Assembly: GCF_009914755.1 (NCBI RefSeq)
Contig: NC_060928.1
Direction: 5' to 3' (one strand)
DNA: 64,000 nucleotides
From: the human T2T-CHM13v2.0 reference genome, Homo sapiens
The notes under the pieces are model-generated. The model was not told the DNA's origin and searched no databases. It was given only the letters and a program-made list of their open reading frames with translations. A program made the position numbers and the translations under genes. Positions 1 through 17,357 of the stretch are shown piece after piece. Every line of letters starts with the position of its first letter. Positions within the stretch are counted from its first letter, which is position 1.

Positions 1-93
1 TAATACTAGCCTCTATTTATCATCCAATTCCAAAGCCTATTTTAATGTGTAGTTATTTGTTAAAAGAGCACCCCATTTCCCAGCACCAAAATC
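1..93 (-). mobile_element. MaLR (MLT1) internal sequence, 5' start, running off the window edge
   Basis: Reverse complement gattttggtgctgggaaatggggtgctc...ggctttggaattgg resembles the start of MLT1-int and abuts the LTR at 94. Confidence 0.7.
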
Positions 94-415
94 TATCTCA
101 GTTTTCTAGCAGTACTGTAACAAATTACCCCAAAGTTGGATGACTTAAAAAACAGACAATTATTTTCTCACATTTCTGGTAGATAGAGGTCTGAAGTCAA
201 GGTGTTGGCAGAGCCCTGCCTCCTTTAAAGGCATGAGGGAAGGACCCTTCTTTGCTTCTCTTATCTTCTGGTGGTAGTTAGCTATCATTGGCCTTATTTG
301 GCCCATGGCAGCATGACTCCAGTCTCTGCCACTGTCTTCAAATAGGCCTTTTCCTTGTGTGTCTATGTGTCTTCACACAATCTTCTTATAAAAGTGGACA
401 TGGAGAGTGACCCTA
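94..415 (-). mobile_element. MLT1 (MLT1B/C-like) MaLR LTR, incomplete
   Basis: gtaacaaattaccccaaagttggatgacttaaaa...tctcacatttctgg...gtcaaggtgttggcagagcc is typical antisense MLT1 LTR sequence. Confidence 0.8.
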
Positions 416-419
416 CATA

Positions 420-2720
420 AATAAAGCTTTATATAAGCATATTACGAATAGTTGTACACCATAAAGTTAGATAACTTAAAGTGAAAAAATTCCTATGAAT
501 ATGTAAACCAGTGAAATGAACTCAGGAAGAAACTGCCAATTCGAATAGACAAAAAACAAGTGAAGAGATGGAAATAGAATTAAAAATACTATCCACGCAC
601 ACACACACACAAAAAAAAAAAAAGAAAAAGAAAAAGGAAAAAAAAGCCCTCAGGCCCAGATGGCTTCACTGCTGAATTCTACCAAACATTTAAAGAAAAA
701 TTAATACCAATTCTTCACAAAATCTTCCAAAATATAAAGGAAAGAACTCTTCTCAATTCATTCTATGATGTCAGTATTACTCTATCAATAGAATAAAACA
801 AACTACATGATTATCTCACTATACATATAAAAAACATTTGAAAAATTCAACACATTTATGTGATAAAAACACTCAACAAATTAGGATGGAAGAGAAATTT
901 ATCAGTCTGATAAAGCGCATCTATGGAAAACCCACAACTAGCATCAGACTTAAAGGTAAAATACTGAATGCTTTTCGCCTGAAGATTAGGAACAAGACAA
1001 CGTGTCCATTCGCACCAATTCTATTTAAAATTTCACTGTGAGTTCTAGCAAGGAAAAGTAAGAAAATAAGATAAGAAAAAAAAAAGAAAAGAATATCAAT
1101 GTAAGATTCGAAAATATTGTATAGTAAATAATTCAACCCTGCTCAAAAAGTGCTCCAGCCGTTGCCCTAGGACACTAGGAGGTAATCTTCACATTCTTGG
1201 AATGTCAAGATAGGAGCACTTTTGCTTACCTGAGGTCCTTGAGCTAGCCACATAGTACCAATGTGACTCTGGATGGGGCTTTAGGTGAGTCATATGATAT
1301 TAGCTTAACCTCCTAAAGGGCTAGAGCTAAGATTGGTCATGGAGGCAGACAACTGTGCCCAAGGTATACTCTGAATATCAGAGATTGGGTGAGCTTCCCT
1401 GTTTCGAAATATTCTGTATATATTGTTACTTGTTGATAACAGGACAGTAATGCTGTCCTGACTCCACTGTGATAGAACAATTTGAAGCTCTACGTTTCAG
1501 GCCTTCCTGGACTTTGCCCTAATTCCTTCTCCTCTTGGTTGATTTTAATCTGTATCATGTAGTTATAATGAACCATAACCATGATTATAACAGCTTTCAG
1601 TGCATCCTGTGAGGTCTTGAGCATAATTTTTGGAACCACCCAAACTTAAAATTGGTTTCAGAACTAAGGGCAATCAGTAGACTTTTCCTTAACTTTGCCA
1701 TTGGCTAACCTTCACAACTATAAAGCTATTGGAAGTAAATCTTTATAACCTTGGATTTTGGTAATGGATTCTTAGAAATGATGCCAAAAGTATGAACAGC
1801 AACAAAAACAAATTACACAAATTTGACATCAACATGATTAAAACAATAAAGAATGACCTCTGTGTTTCAAAGGATGCTGTCAATTAAAAAAAAAAGACAA
1901 CCCATAAAATGGATGAAAACATTTGTGAATCATATATCTGATAAGGGATTTTATATAGAATATATAAAGCACTGTTAAAATTCAAAAGTAAGAAGACAAA
2001 AATTGCAAATGAAAATTTAGCAAACGACCTGAGTAGACATTTTTTCAAAGACAATACACAAATATTTGTTAAGCAAGTACCATTGTACAGCCGCTTTAGA
2101 AAACAGTCTGGCAGTTCCTCAAATGGCTACAGATATACTTACCATATGACTCAGCAATCTACTCTTTGTTATATACCCAAGAGTAATACAATAATCATAC
2201 ATATATCTTCATGCAAAACTTGTATATGAATGCTCATAGCAGCATTATTTATAATGTCCAAAAGTTAGAAACAACACAAATGTCTATCAACTGAATAATG
2301 GATGAACAAAATGAGGGATTTATATACAATGAAATATCATTTAGCCTTATAAAAGAATGAAGTACCAGTATATGCTCTAACATGAATGAACTTTAAAAAC
2401 ATTATGCTAAGGGAAAGAAGCCAGTCACAAAAGACCTTACTACATTTTTCCATTTATATTAAATATTCCGAATGGCAAATCCATAGAGACAGAAATTAGA
2501 TTAGTGGTTGCTTAGGGTTGATTGGGAAATTAGGGGGGTAATATCTGAAAGATATGAGGCTTCTTCTTGAGGTAATGAAAATGTTCTAAAATTAAATATG
2601 GTGGAGGTTGCATACATCTGTCAGTATGATAAAAACTGTTGAGTTCCCCACTTTACATGTGTGAATTGCCTGGTATGTGAGCTATATCTCAATGAAATTA
2701 TTTAAGATGTTTAAAAATAT
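420..2720 (+). mobile_element. Old L1 (L1MB-like): ORF2 fragments plus 3' UTR, interrupted by MER21C
   Basis: Degenerate ORF2 (ggcccagatggcttcactgctgaattctaccaaacatttaaagaa; ORF 838-1041 resembles L1 RT-region IYxKPT...LKAF) and L1MB-type 3' end (gaggtaatgaaaatgttctaaaatt...atatctcaatgaa). Confidence 0.85.
1118..1716 (+). mobile_element. MER21C-like solo LTR
   Basis: TG...CA termini, MER21C-like core (ttgccctagg..ggaggtaatc; gattttaatctgtatc), near-TSD aatat (1113-1117) / actat (1717-1721). Confidence 0.75.
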
Positions 2721-3129
2721 ATAAGTAGGCTTAGAACTTACACAGAATGGAACCTACAACTTCCTGCCCAGTCACCAGCTTGACAAATAGGACACAAGTC
2801 CCAAGAGCTGGGAGTGAAACACAAATATTTGTAGGCAGGCTCACAGCTAGCTGCATAAATACAATACAAATTCCACTGTAAGAAGACAGAGCCAGAACAA
2901 CTGGTGATTTACACACATTCTTATATCCAGTCAGTGACAGATCAGGAAGAAGAGCCCCAATACCCAAAATCCAGCTCAGGGTGCTGCCAAACAAGCAAGT
3001 GAATATAGAAGCCTGCCTTTCTAAATTTGTTGTCTGGCTGCCCTCCTCCCAGGGAAGGGTTTTCCATAGAAAAATACACTTTTTTAAATGAAACAACAAT
3101 GTATATAATCAATCAAAATATTAATTCAT

Positions 3130-3320
3130 AGTATATATAGTATAGAATAAAGAAAAGACTGGAAGGATATGCACCAGATTAACAGTAAATACCTCTGATA
3201 GAGGGAATTGGAAAGGAGGAATAGAGTCATTTTTCTTTTCATTTTCTTATAAATTTGACTTTGCTAAAACAAGTGAATATTACTTTGTCATTTAAACATA
3301 TATTTAAATAGTTTTAAAAA
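3130..3320 (+). mobile_element. L1ME-like 3' end fragment
   Basis: gaaaagactggaaggatatgcaccagattaacagt..tacctctg motif typical of L1ME 3' UTRs. Confidence 0.5.
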
Positions 3321-3675
3321 ACATTTAAAGAGGACAATGAAGCTGAGTTTTGAAGGCATAATGACATTTTACAGTAATACTATTTCCATCCAAGTTATTT
3401 TTCACATCTAAAGTAGTCATAAAGAAATTTTCAGGTATCCAAGCCTTCCAGAATTATATACCCACATCTTGAAATGTTTTCCTAGAAAATATAATCCAAG
3501 TAACCTAAAATAAAATTTAAGAGTTTACATTTATGAGTTTAAGAATAGAACAACTTTTACGAGAAGACAATGGTCAGCATTGATAACCATTAAATATTAA
3601 TTGAAATAATTTCTATACTACTAGTCTCACTTGAATATTTCATAGATACCACAAGCTTTTCAAGTAATTTTTATC

Positions 3676-3677
<2 letters not shown>

Positions 3678-3710
<33 letters not shown>
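3678..3710 (+). repeat. (CA)16 microsatellite
   Basis: Perfect CA run read directly. Confidence 0.98.
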
Positions 3711-3712
<2 letters not shown>

Positions 3713-4285
3713 CAAAATACAGTATATTATTCTATTAACCTAAGCCTCACAATGGCTCAACCAGTGATCTAGGAGTCATTGCTTTTATGACTTGAAAGTT
3801 TTACACATTATGGGAGAGAGAAGGCAAAGTGTACAAGGTTTTCTTTAACTTTTGATATTAAATCTATCAGGAAACAGGACAGAGCACAAAAGATAGGCTG
3901 GCCTGTGTTATATCCAATACTAACTCAGATGAACTAAAATACTCAAATGTCTCTTAACCTCTACGTTACTCTGGCTTCCCAGGGAGATGACAGTATTTTA
4001 GGGGCACCTGCTAGCATCAACATTAAAGTCATGTAATTATGTTTTTCTTTTCTTTTTTTAAATTTATACATATATATATTTATTATATTTTAAGTTCTAG
4101 GGTACATGTGCACAACGTGCAGATTTGTTACATATGTATACATGTGCCATGTTGGTGAGCTGCACCCATTAACTAGTCATTTACATTAGGTATATCTCCT
4201 AATGCTATCCCACTCCCCTCCCCCAACCCCACAACAGGCCCTGGTGTGCGATGTTCCCCTTCCTGTGTCCAGGTGTTCTCATTGT

Positions 4286-8095
<3,810 letters not shown>

Positions 8096-8158
8096 TATGA
8101 TGTTAGCTGGTTATTTTGCTTGTTAGTTGATGCAGTTTCTTCCTAGCATCGATGGTCT

Positions 8159-8610
8159 TTACAATTTGGCATGTTTTTGCAGTGGCTGGTACCGGTTGTT
8201 CCTTTCCATGTTCAGTGCTTCCTTCAGGAGCTCTTGTAGGGCAGGCCTGGTGTTGAGAAAATCTCTCAGCATTTGCTTGTCTGTAAAGGATTTTTTTTCT
8301 CCTTCACTTATGAAGCTTAGTTTGGCTGGTTATGAAATTCTGGTTTGAAAATTCTTTTCTTTAAGAATGTTGAATATTGGCCACGACTCTCTTCTGGCTT
8401 GTACAGTTTCTGCAGAGAGATCTGCTGTTAGTCTGGTGGGCTTCCCTTTGTGGGTAACCCGACTTTCTCTCTGGCTGCCCTTAACATTTTTTCCTTCATT
8501 TCAACTTTGGTGAAACTGACAATTATGTGTCTTGGAGTTGCTCTTCTCGAGGAATATCTTTGTGGCGTTCTCTGTAGTTCCTGAATTTGAATGTTAGCCT
8601 GCCTTGCTAG
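8159..8610 (-). pseudogene. C-terminal remnant of L1 ORF1p
   Basis: Lies upstream of the inter-ORF spacer; ORF1 stop at 8159-8161 (minus strand catgccaaattgTAA). Confidence 0.88.
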
Positions 8611-9989
8611 TTATGTTTTTCACTTCCATTTTAATAATTATCTTGAAATTACATTTTATGCTAGTGTATATTCATATGTATATATGGTTACATAAACATA
8701 CACACTTATATGTACACACATGAACTGTGGATGTATACAATTTGGGGTATAGTTTTGAAAATTACATTGAAATAATAAAAATGCTGACATTAAAATAAAA
8801 GATGAGAAAAATTGATTAATAGAGAAAACTTGCAAATATAAAATATAGATATATATTTTTCACATATAAACTATATGGCAACATTACAATTGATATTCAT
8901 AAATTAAATTTTTTTAATTAAATGTGTTATTTGGGAAACATATTTTTTTCTTTTAAAGAACAATTTAAGCACTATTCTGGAAATATAAATTATACTACCA
9001 TTAATTTAAACTCTGGTATAAGTTGAAATCCTCGTGCACTTATCTAAGACTATAGATAACTAATGTATTGAAAATTCATTATATAAGATATTATTACCTA
9101 TGATTTTACCTTATACACAGGATAGTAAATCTCAAAATTGTATAGTAAAATTTAATGATACAAATAGTTATAAATTTGCATATATTTAATGGATTTACTA
9201 TGCATAATAGGAATAAATTAATTTTCAGCAGTAATGTTAATCTATATCTAACATCAACTTACAAGTAAACTGGATATATTCCTCAAGTCTTTAAAGCATC
9301 AATTTAAAATTTTCCAAAATACATATTACGTTTTAGTTTCTCAGATTGAGACAGTACAGAATATTTCCTAGGATAATTTTATGCAATGAATCTAATGATT
9401 GTTATCTAGAAGAAGTTACTTGAAATGTCCATATTAATATTGATAGATATTTTCATCAGCAGATATCGTATAAAATGAGTTTTGTAGAAAATAGCCAAGA
9501 ATGATCAATGTTATATTCTTACACATGTGTAAAATGTGAAATAGTAAAACTCTCCATTTTAAACACTTGTTCACAGAACATATATAAAATAACATGTGTT
9601 TCTCAGATAAAGTCCTACACCGTTAAAATACTCTTCCTGAATAAAGATTACTTAACTATATCTTCGAGTAGGGCAAATGTGTCCTTTTACAGATCTGGTT
9701 TCTTTCAATCAGTCCTAGAATTAAAATGCATTAAATTCTCTTCCTAAGAATCTATATATTAGTTTCCCACTATTACTTTAGTGTTCTCCTACTGAAAATT
9801 GGAATACATAAGACAATGTCCTCAAATTATCAGAAATGTACTAATTCCTCTATGCATCCTCCACTGAAGACAGAGTTACATGCTAAACACCTAGTAATGT
9901 GGGTTCCTAGGGCCCTTCTAGTCACTAATGTGAAACAGTAACTGTATTTATTTTCAAATACTTCTTTATACACTTTATCCATTATTAAA

Positions 9990-10380
9990 TTGGTATAGAT
10001 GTACATAATTATAGAACTGTAGTTTAGAGGAGACTTTATAAATTATTCTAATTCACTTTCTGTACTGGGAATTGTTTCAGTTGCAGATGAAGAATGTAAA
10101 AACAGCATTTCATTTATAAATGCCTCTGTTGGAAAATTCTTTGTTAAAGCAGACTAAACTATAACTTCCTAGTATTTTATAACCATATATTCTAGTTCTG
10201 CTTTCTGTTACACATAATAAACATATTCTTTTTGGCAAAGCACAGCTCTTAGATATTTAAAAAGAACGATCACAAATGCCTGTCTTCTCTTGCCGTGTTA
10301 AATAATGTGGGCTTCTTCTGGAACTCCTTATGCTACTACTTTATTTTCTAGCTTTGTTGGCTTTTGGTGACCCTTTCCTA
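9990..10380 (-). mobile_element. L3/CR1 LINE fragment
   Basis: atagaactgtagtttagaggagactttata and ctagttctgctttctg...cagctcttagatatttaaaa...tcttctctt resemble the CR1/L3 3' region. Confidence 0.5.
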
Positions 10381-10769
10381 GCCCCACTTCACCCTGTCAA
10401 CTTCCTTTCCATCATAGGTAAAGAATACAGAGTTCAATTTAATTATTTCCTTTATTTGAAAATGGAACTGTATCTTGAATGACAATCAGGCAGTACCCTT
10501 CAATTACAACTGATTTGTAATCAATTAAAAATTTCATGTAAAAACATTAATTTTAACACCTAATTTTCTTTTCAACATATATGTAAGCATTTAGGATTTC
10601 ACAAATAAATTCACAATTCTAAATTTTTAAAAATAAGTTGTAAGCATCACTACACTAAAAGGTGTGGAAGTAAAATTTATAAGTAAACCTTAAGATACCA
10701 TATTCAATTTGGCATTATAATGACTTTAATTTTAGTGAACAATAGAGAAGAAAAGAGTGGATATAAGTT

Positions 10770-11340
10770 TATATTTTTAGTTTGAATTAGAGGAGTTTGT
10801 CATTAGTTTGTTTATGAAGCGAAGTGCAGGGAACAGGTTTGTGGAAGAGTGGAGTTTAATTCTGAACGCACTGAGCTTGAGTTCCCTGCAAGGTTTCCAG
10901 GCAAAGGGGTGAAACATATAGTTGAAGAAAAGATCAGGCAGAAAATGGAGAAAAGATCGGACAGGGCTCAAAAGTAGACAGAAGAGAATGGAGGGATTTC
11001 TGCTTTGAGAGAAATCATACTCATCAATGCATATGATTTGTAAGTTATCTGCACAAGATTTTGTGAACTGATTAATTTTGTCCTGTTAAAATAAGCAAAC
11101 TATACTACTTTCTGTTCTTCCAGGTATGTTCAAAATTATCCAGTGTAAATTTTAAACATATCTACATTATCTGCATAGATGTGCTATTTGAAGATATAAG
11201 TAGGAATGAGCTTTCTAAGAAAGAGTGTAAAAAAGAGAAGACTGCGAAGATGAACTCAGAAAAACTTTTATTGTGTATTTAATAAAAAGAGAAGGATCCA
11301 TAGGAGAGGCTGAAGAGTATCCGAGGAATTAGCTGGATGC
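10770..11340 (-). mobile_element. L2 fragments
   Basis: Purine-rich L2 antisense motifs (tgagcttgagttccctg; atagatgtgctatttgaag; ggagaggctgaagag). Confidence 0.55.
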
Positions 11341-14300
11341 TCAGAAAGCTTATTTCTATTCTTCCCAAACACTCCACCAGCAGACATTTTCCAGCTTCCT
11401 GGTAGTTATATTTAGTCGTGTTACTGATTTCCGGATAATTGAGAGTTTTATGGAAATGAAAAAAGTCAGTATCTGACTTCCACACATTATCTTCACTGTT
11501 TCATTTTTCTAGTTTCTGGTAAAGGTGCTAAAGAAAAATGAAAGGACCTGCGATCACTGGATAACATCCTAGAAGGGAGTTTCCCAGTGGAGCTGTCTAA
11601 CCTGGAGCATCCACAAAATGAGAACTGTATTTTTATGTTGCCTTATTATTTTATTACATCAGTGCATACAGAGAAAATTATTTTCTGTTAGACTACCATC
11701 CAGATTATTTGCTTTAATTTCACTAGCTACATGTTTTTTAGACTTTGTGTGACATTTTTCCACTTCTTTGTGTGTCCAAGGATTTTTTATTTAATACTAG
11801 ACATTAAGAATATTGCACTGTAGAGATTCTGGTTGGAGACACACTGAAAGGAGTTGAAGAGCTATAAATAATTTTTAAAAGTAGATAAAGGAAGCCTAAA
11901 TTCTTCAGAGACCTTTGGAACCTAAAGGAAGAAGAGATATTGAAAGTAACCTATGGATAATATAATTTTTTAAATCTAGCTAACTTATTTGCTTTAAACA
12001 AGGCTCGGCCACAGGAAATAAAATAGGGAAATTAGAGAATGAACATGGAAGAAAAGGAAGAATAACTACATATTTCTGGAAAAAGCAGAAAATGTTTACA
12101 ATAAGAGTACAAGTAATTAATATGCATTTTGGTAATGCATCTTCAAAGGTAAAATGCTGTGATCTGCTGCTAATTGACACATTAAGAATCATCATGTTTT
12201 GAGTATGATTGATGAAAGGCATAAATATTCCTAGCTAGAACATATATATGTCAGAATTTTTCAGTATTAGCTATAATGGTATTATAAGGCATTTAAAAAA
12301 TTTGGCTAAAGTTGACCTACACTATTATAGTAATCATAGTAATTGAACGTTAAGTCAGCCTGTCATGACTTGTTTAGTGAACACATATTTATTTCTATTA
12401 ATCTTTCTGAATTTAATTTTCTGGCCCTTCAAAATTAATCAAGCATATTCGTTTTAAGAAATTGTGCCATTGGGATCGGAATATCTATCCACTTATCTGC
12501 TTGTGTATGTGTGTGTGTATGTGTATTTGAATTTCCTGAAACCTGCACATTTAAAATCTGTCAAATATCTGTCTAGAGTCAACACCCCTTTTATTTGATG
12601 CTACTAAATCTAACATGGTATTAGAAAATAGGCAGAAAAATAAGAGAGAAAAAATTCCCAGTCAGGTGTCATATAGAATTTTGAAATTTGTGAGATAGGA
12701 TGATAACAGTGTGTTGTGTGTAGAGTACTCTTGGGTTGAGTAATTGAGGGAATTAGCAGACACCATGGAAAAGAGGAGATAACCAAATACACATTTCACC
12801 TATTTAATGAAGTGTTGCAATGTCAATTCTGGTTGTTGTTATGAGGACTGTCATTATTCAAATTTCTACCAGTGTTTTCCAAGCCTCAAGATAGATGATG
12901 ATATATGTGAAATCATTATAATATCCTGTGTTAAAGAAAGGTATTTCAGGATGCCACAAACATAGCTTTAAAATATACGACTTTCTTTCTTTCTCTTTCA
13001 GTTGGATTTATATTTTCACCTATTTTCCTACACTTCTGTGTAGGAAAACCCAAAGGAAATACACTTATTTTTTAAATCAGTGGTTTTTCAGCTCTGATTC
13101 AACATTTTTTACAAGACCAAGCCTATTTTTTTTGAAATGCACAAAGAATTATAAAGCATTACAACACTTTGCTGCTAGCATGCAAATGATTGAAAGTTAT
13201 ATCTTTTAATATGTAGTCCAGAAGACTGTTTTCCTAGATGTCCTAGAAACTTGACCAATCAGAGAAGATCCTAAACAGCATTTTATATCAATTATGTGCA
13301 AAACCCTGCCAATTATCTTCTCATATAATCCCCATCAATAACCGAGAAGCATAAAAGATATAAACTCAAACCATCTGCTCTCACTACAGTAGGCAACTGA
13401 GAGCTTAGACAATAACTCACACAGTAAAATACTCCAATACATTTATCTGGGATCATGCTGTTTAAGTGGGATTTGTGATTAAAAATATTACCACTTTGGC
13501 CTATCCACTATTAGAAAATATGTTTTCCCTTTTTAGGAAAAGCACTGTCATTTCTGTTTTATTACAATAGTAAATTAAGAGAACTACCGCCAGCCATCTA
13601 TAAAGAACAAAAACTGCACTTCCAGTTTATGCTTCACTGTAATTCTTTTTCCTGTTGATGTTAACAATACCCAGGCTCTTAAAAAAAAGAAAAGGAAAAA
13701 AAATAGCCTCCAGAAATTCATTGCTTTGACACCTGTGTAATTTTTGAACCATGCTAAATGCCAAAATAAAGCTGTATCAAAATATAAAATGTTAACCAAA
13801 AGTGCCTATATGACCTAAGAAAAGGAAGTATTTAAAGATAACAGTCACCTAAGATGGCTGATATTTAAAGATAATATAGTGTGACTTTTTCTAAGCGTTT
13901 GAGGCACAGAACTGACAGTTGGCAAAAATAGATAGGATTCCAAACGCTGTTGCAATAAGAGTCCAGAAGACAGACAATTCCCTCCTGTTCTCCATCAGTG
14001 TCCTTATCTTACATTATACCATATTCGACCTGTCAAGATATTTCAATATTTCCCACATTAACAACAAAGATATGTAAATGACGATATTACACTGTCAAAT
14101 CCCCTAAACATCCCTGTGTTTCATTTACAAATTCTCGAGTCAGTTTGCCGATGAATTAACATTTACAATTATAGTTCCTATGCATCTTACAGAAACTATA
14201 TTTTACTTGTTCCCAGACTTCAATAATATAATTTTGCAATCATGGTTTGAAAATTATACTGCTTGACATATTTTGCCAATTGATGAAGCATTACTTTAGA

Positions 14301-14821
14301 GTGGATTTTCTTCACTCTGTTACCAATTAAATTTACATTTTAATTAGAATTAAAAATTATACCCTTGATGATAGATTGGGGGATGAAGAAATATAGTAGC
14401 TTAAATATTCAGAAAAGCTATGTATTGTGCCATTTCACAATAAGATATTCACAAGTGTTTGAAAAGCAAGGCAAGATTCTTATGGTTTGTGCATGAGCAC
14501 TGTCTCATTTGGCTACCAGTATGTACATATAATTATGATATCATACAGTTTAGCATTCTCTTTTACACATGAGGAAACTGACAAAAAATAAGTGAGGAGG
14601 TGAGCTTGGATCAGATGCACACATTTAAAAGAGAAATGTAATTACAAAAATCTTTTTAGTTATAAGGTACTACGAACGATGTAAAAAATTCTGTCAAGCA
14701 ATATTTCAATTCCCTCAAATTGAGATTTTTAAAAATTGAGGTTGGAAATAAATGAAGAAATTATGTTTTCTGACTATTGTTTCTAAAGCAGTCTCTTTTT
14801 TTGCTGAAGTCAGAAATACAT

Positions 14822-15152
14822 TTCATTTTTAAATTTTTTAATTTTAATTTTAATTTTTCCATAGGTTATTGGGGTACTGGTGGTATTTGGTTACACGAGT
14901 AAGTTCTTTAGTGGTGATTGTGAGATTTTGGTGCACTCATCACCCGAGCAGTATACACTGCACCCCATTTGTAGTCTTTTATCCCTTGCCCCCCTCCCGC
15001 ACTTCCCCCCAAGTCCCGAAAGTCCATTGTATAATTTTTCTGTCTTTGCATCCTCATAGCTTAGATCCCACATATCAGTGAGAATATACGATGTTTGGTT
15101 TTCCATTCCTGAGTTACTTCACTTAGAATAATAGTCTCTAATCTCATCCAGG
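14822..15152 (-). mobile_element. L1PB1-like 3' end
   Basis: ccataggttattggggtac..gtggtatttggttacacgagtaagttctttagtggtga preceded by a T-rich tail. Confidence 0.9.
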
Positions 15153-15282
15153 ACGGATTACTAAATTTCCTATGATATTTGAAAAAAAAAAGTGATCATG
15201 CAAAAATACCTTCCACAGCAATGGATGATAATAATTAACAAAATTATAAAAACTGTTTCAGATGTTTGAAATGTATTAAGCT

Positions 15283-15870
15283 ACTAGCAACAAGAAGGTT
15301 TAAAGATATCCCTCAAGATTCCCACCCTCTGGTGTATATGCTCTGTATAATCAACTCTCCTTGACTGTGGGTATGAACTGTAAGTATGACGCGGTAGCCG
15401 CTCCCACTGCATAACTAAGTTCTATTATACAGCGCAGGAGACTTTAAGAAATGGAGATTACCCTGGTGTGTTGATCTGATCAAGTTAGGCCTTTGAAATA
15501 AGAAGCACGTTGATTCTTGCTGGTGAAAGAGATACAAACCCTGAGAAGACTTGAAGCCCCAGAGAGTTTCCAAGGCTGGTTTGAAGATGTGGGAGGCCAT
15601 GTGAGGCCATTGAGAGTGACCTGCAGCCAGTGGCCGGAGAGGAACTGTATTCTTTCACCAATCTGAATCCGCTCGGAAGAGGACCTTGTGCTGCCACTGG
15701 GAATGCAGCAGGTCAACACCCGATTTCAACCTTGTGAGTACATGAGCAGAAAACACATCAACTTTCCAAATTTCCGACCTCCAAAACTATGAGCCAATAA
15801 GCAGCTGTTGTTTTAAACTGCTAAATTTGTGGTAATTTGTTTTATATACAGCAATAGTAAACTAATAAAC
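15283..15870 (+). mobile_element. MLT1E-like solo LTR
   Basis: caagattcccaccctctggtgta...ctccttgactgtggg start; ctgctaaatttgtggtaatttgtt...gcaatagtaaactaata end. Confidence 0.8.
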
Positions 15871-16343
15871 CGCTTAAAACTGTGTAAAACCCAAATTACA
15901 GTCTACAGTGGAATATGTTGTTATGATTCCATCTTAAAGAATCCTAAATTAGTTTTGAACAATCCAAAGTGACATTGATATAGATTTCTTAAAATAAAAT
16001 ACCAGTGTCCAGAAATTTTCTCCATTCAACAAATATTTGTTGAGCAGCTTCAACAACGGTTTCTCGATGTGTGGGTTCTAGCAGCGAAGAGTACAGACAT
16101 AGTCTCACCTCTCATTGCCTCTCCTGAGAGGCCCAGAGACATATTCTTTCTTCTGGAAACTGAGGGAGAAGTATGCTTGTCATTATCATATTTATTAAAG
16201 TATGAGCATTATTGGAACATGTCTTCATTAGAATGATTCGTTTCCCTACACAAAAATAGGGAAGCAAATTATTATTATTTATTATTTATTCCCTAAACTA
16301 TTTTTATGGCCAAAACAGACAAGCCAAGCTAAGCAATTGCCAA

Positions 16344-16393
16344 AATTCTTAATAAATAATTTAATTATTTATTAAGAATTAATAATTCTTAAT
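16344..16393. repeat. Perfect AT-rich palindrome (18+1+18) overlapping a second one (11+1+11)
   Basis: aattcttaataaataatt-t-aattatttattaagaatt (16344-16380); attaagaatta-a-taattcttaat (16371-16393). Confidence 0.95.
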
Positions 16394-17357
16394 TAATAAT
16401 TAATAAATAAATAAAATAAAACAAATTTTCTTTTTAACAGAAGTATGAGTTTACCAATTCTGTTTAACTAAGCAGTTGTCTACCAAAAAATAATAATAAT
16501 GCCCCGTATCAATTTTGATGATGCTAGGAGTAAAGAAGAAATTAGATGCTGATAACAGAGTTTTACTATACACGAGTCTACAAAAAGAGGTAAAATGAAC
16601 TTTGGTTTGATAAGGAAATTTGGAATACAGAAAAAATAAGAAATAAAAGAATACATTGTCTATAATGAAAAACCATTTATTGCTTAAAGCACACCCATCC
16701 AAAATATCTGATTCTCAATTTTTATTGGCTTTGAGCTATTTTAACAGTTCTGTAAATTGTAACTAAGAGCAATGCACATAATTATTGTTTATAGATAGGC
16801 AAACATATTCTTTCTAGTGAAGGTTCAATTGACGTCCTCCTATTCAGTTTACAAAACTAGTTCCACGCTCATTTATAATTTATTTAATGTTCTTTTACTT
16901 CATATAAATTTGTGGTTCTTTGAGTTCTCAATTGAGTTGGACAACAATCTTCCAGTTTCCTCATTAATAATGAGTTAATTCAAATCTTTAATACATGTTC
17001 ATTTTATATTCAAATGAGAATCATTATTTTATATTTTTTCTTTTGAAAATAATCATTTAGTTCTGTGAGGAGACAGCCAAAATTATGAGACTTCCAAAAA
17101 CATTAATTTTGTATTTTAATGATATTCACAGTAAGTCATAATTTCTTCTCAGTTAATCCTCTTAGATTTACATGGTTTTGCCAAGATTGAGGAACTTCTT
17201 CAATGTACCTAATTTCTAATTCTGTAATTCAGAATTTTCAATTTAGAAATAAGAATACCATTCGTAAGATGAAGAATTCCACCAAATAGACACCCAATAT
17301 TAATCCATCTCCTCTGCCCTTCTTTTTGAGCTTTATTTTTGAACATTATTTACTATC

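Noticed and set aside
2731-3099. 122-aa minus-strand ORF
   Set aside because: No recognisable domain or convincing splice context; consistent with a chance ORF.
11541-11720. Peptide KDLRSLDNILEGSFPVELSNLEH resembling an LRR unit
   Set aside because: Preceded directly by an in-frame TGA, single unit, no supporting exon structure.
16454-16478. Possible 25-nt minus-strand microexon
   Set aside because: Weak donor (gtaaac), frame-shifting length, low-complexity surroundings.
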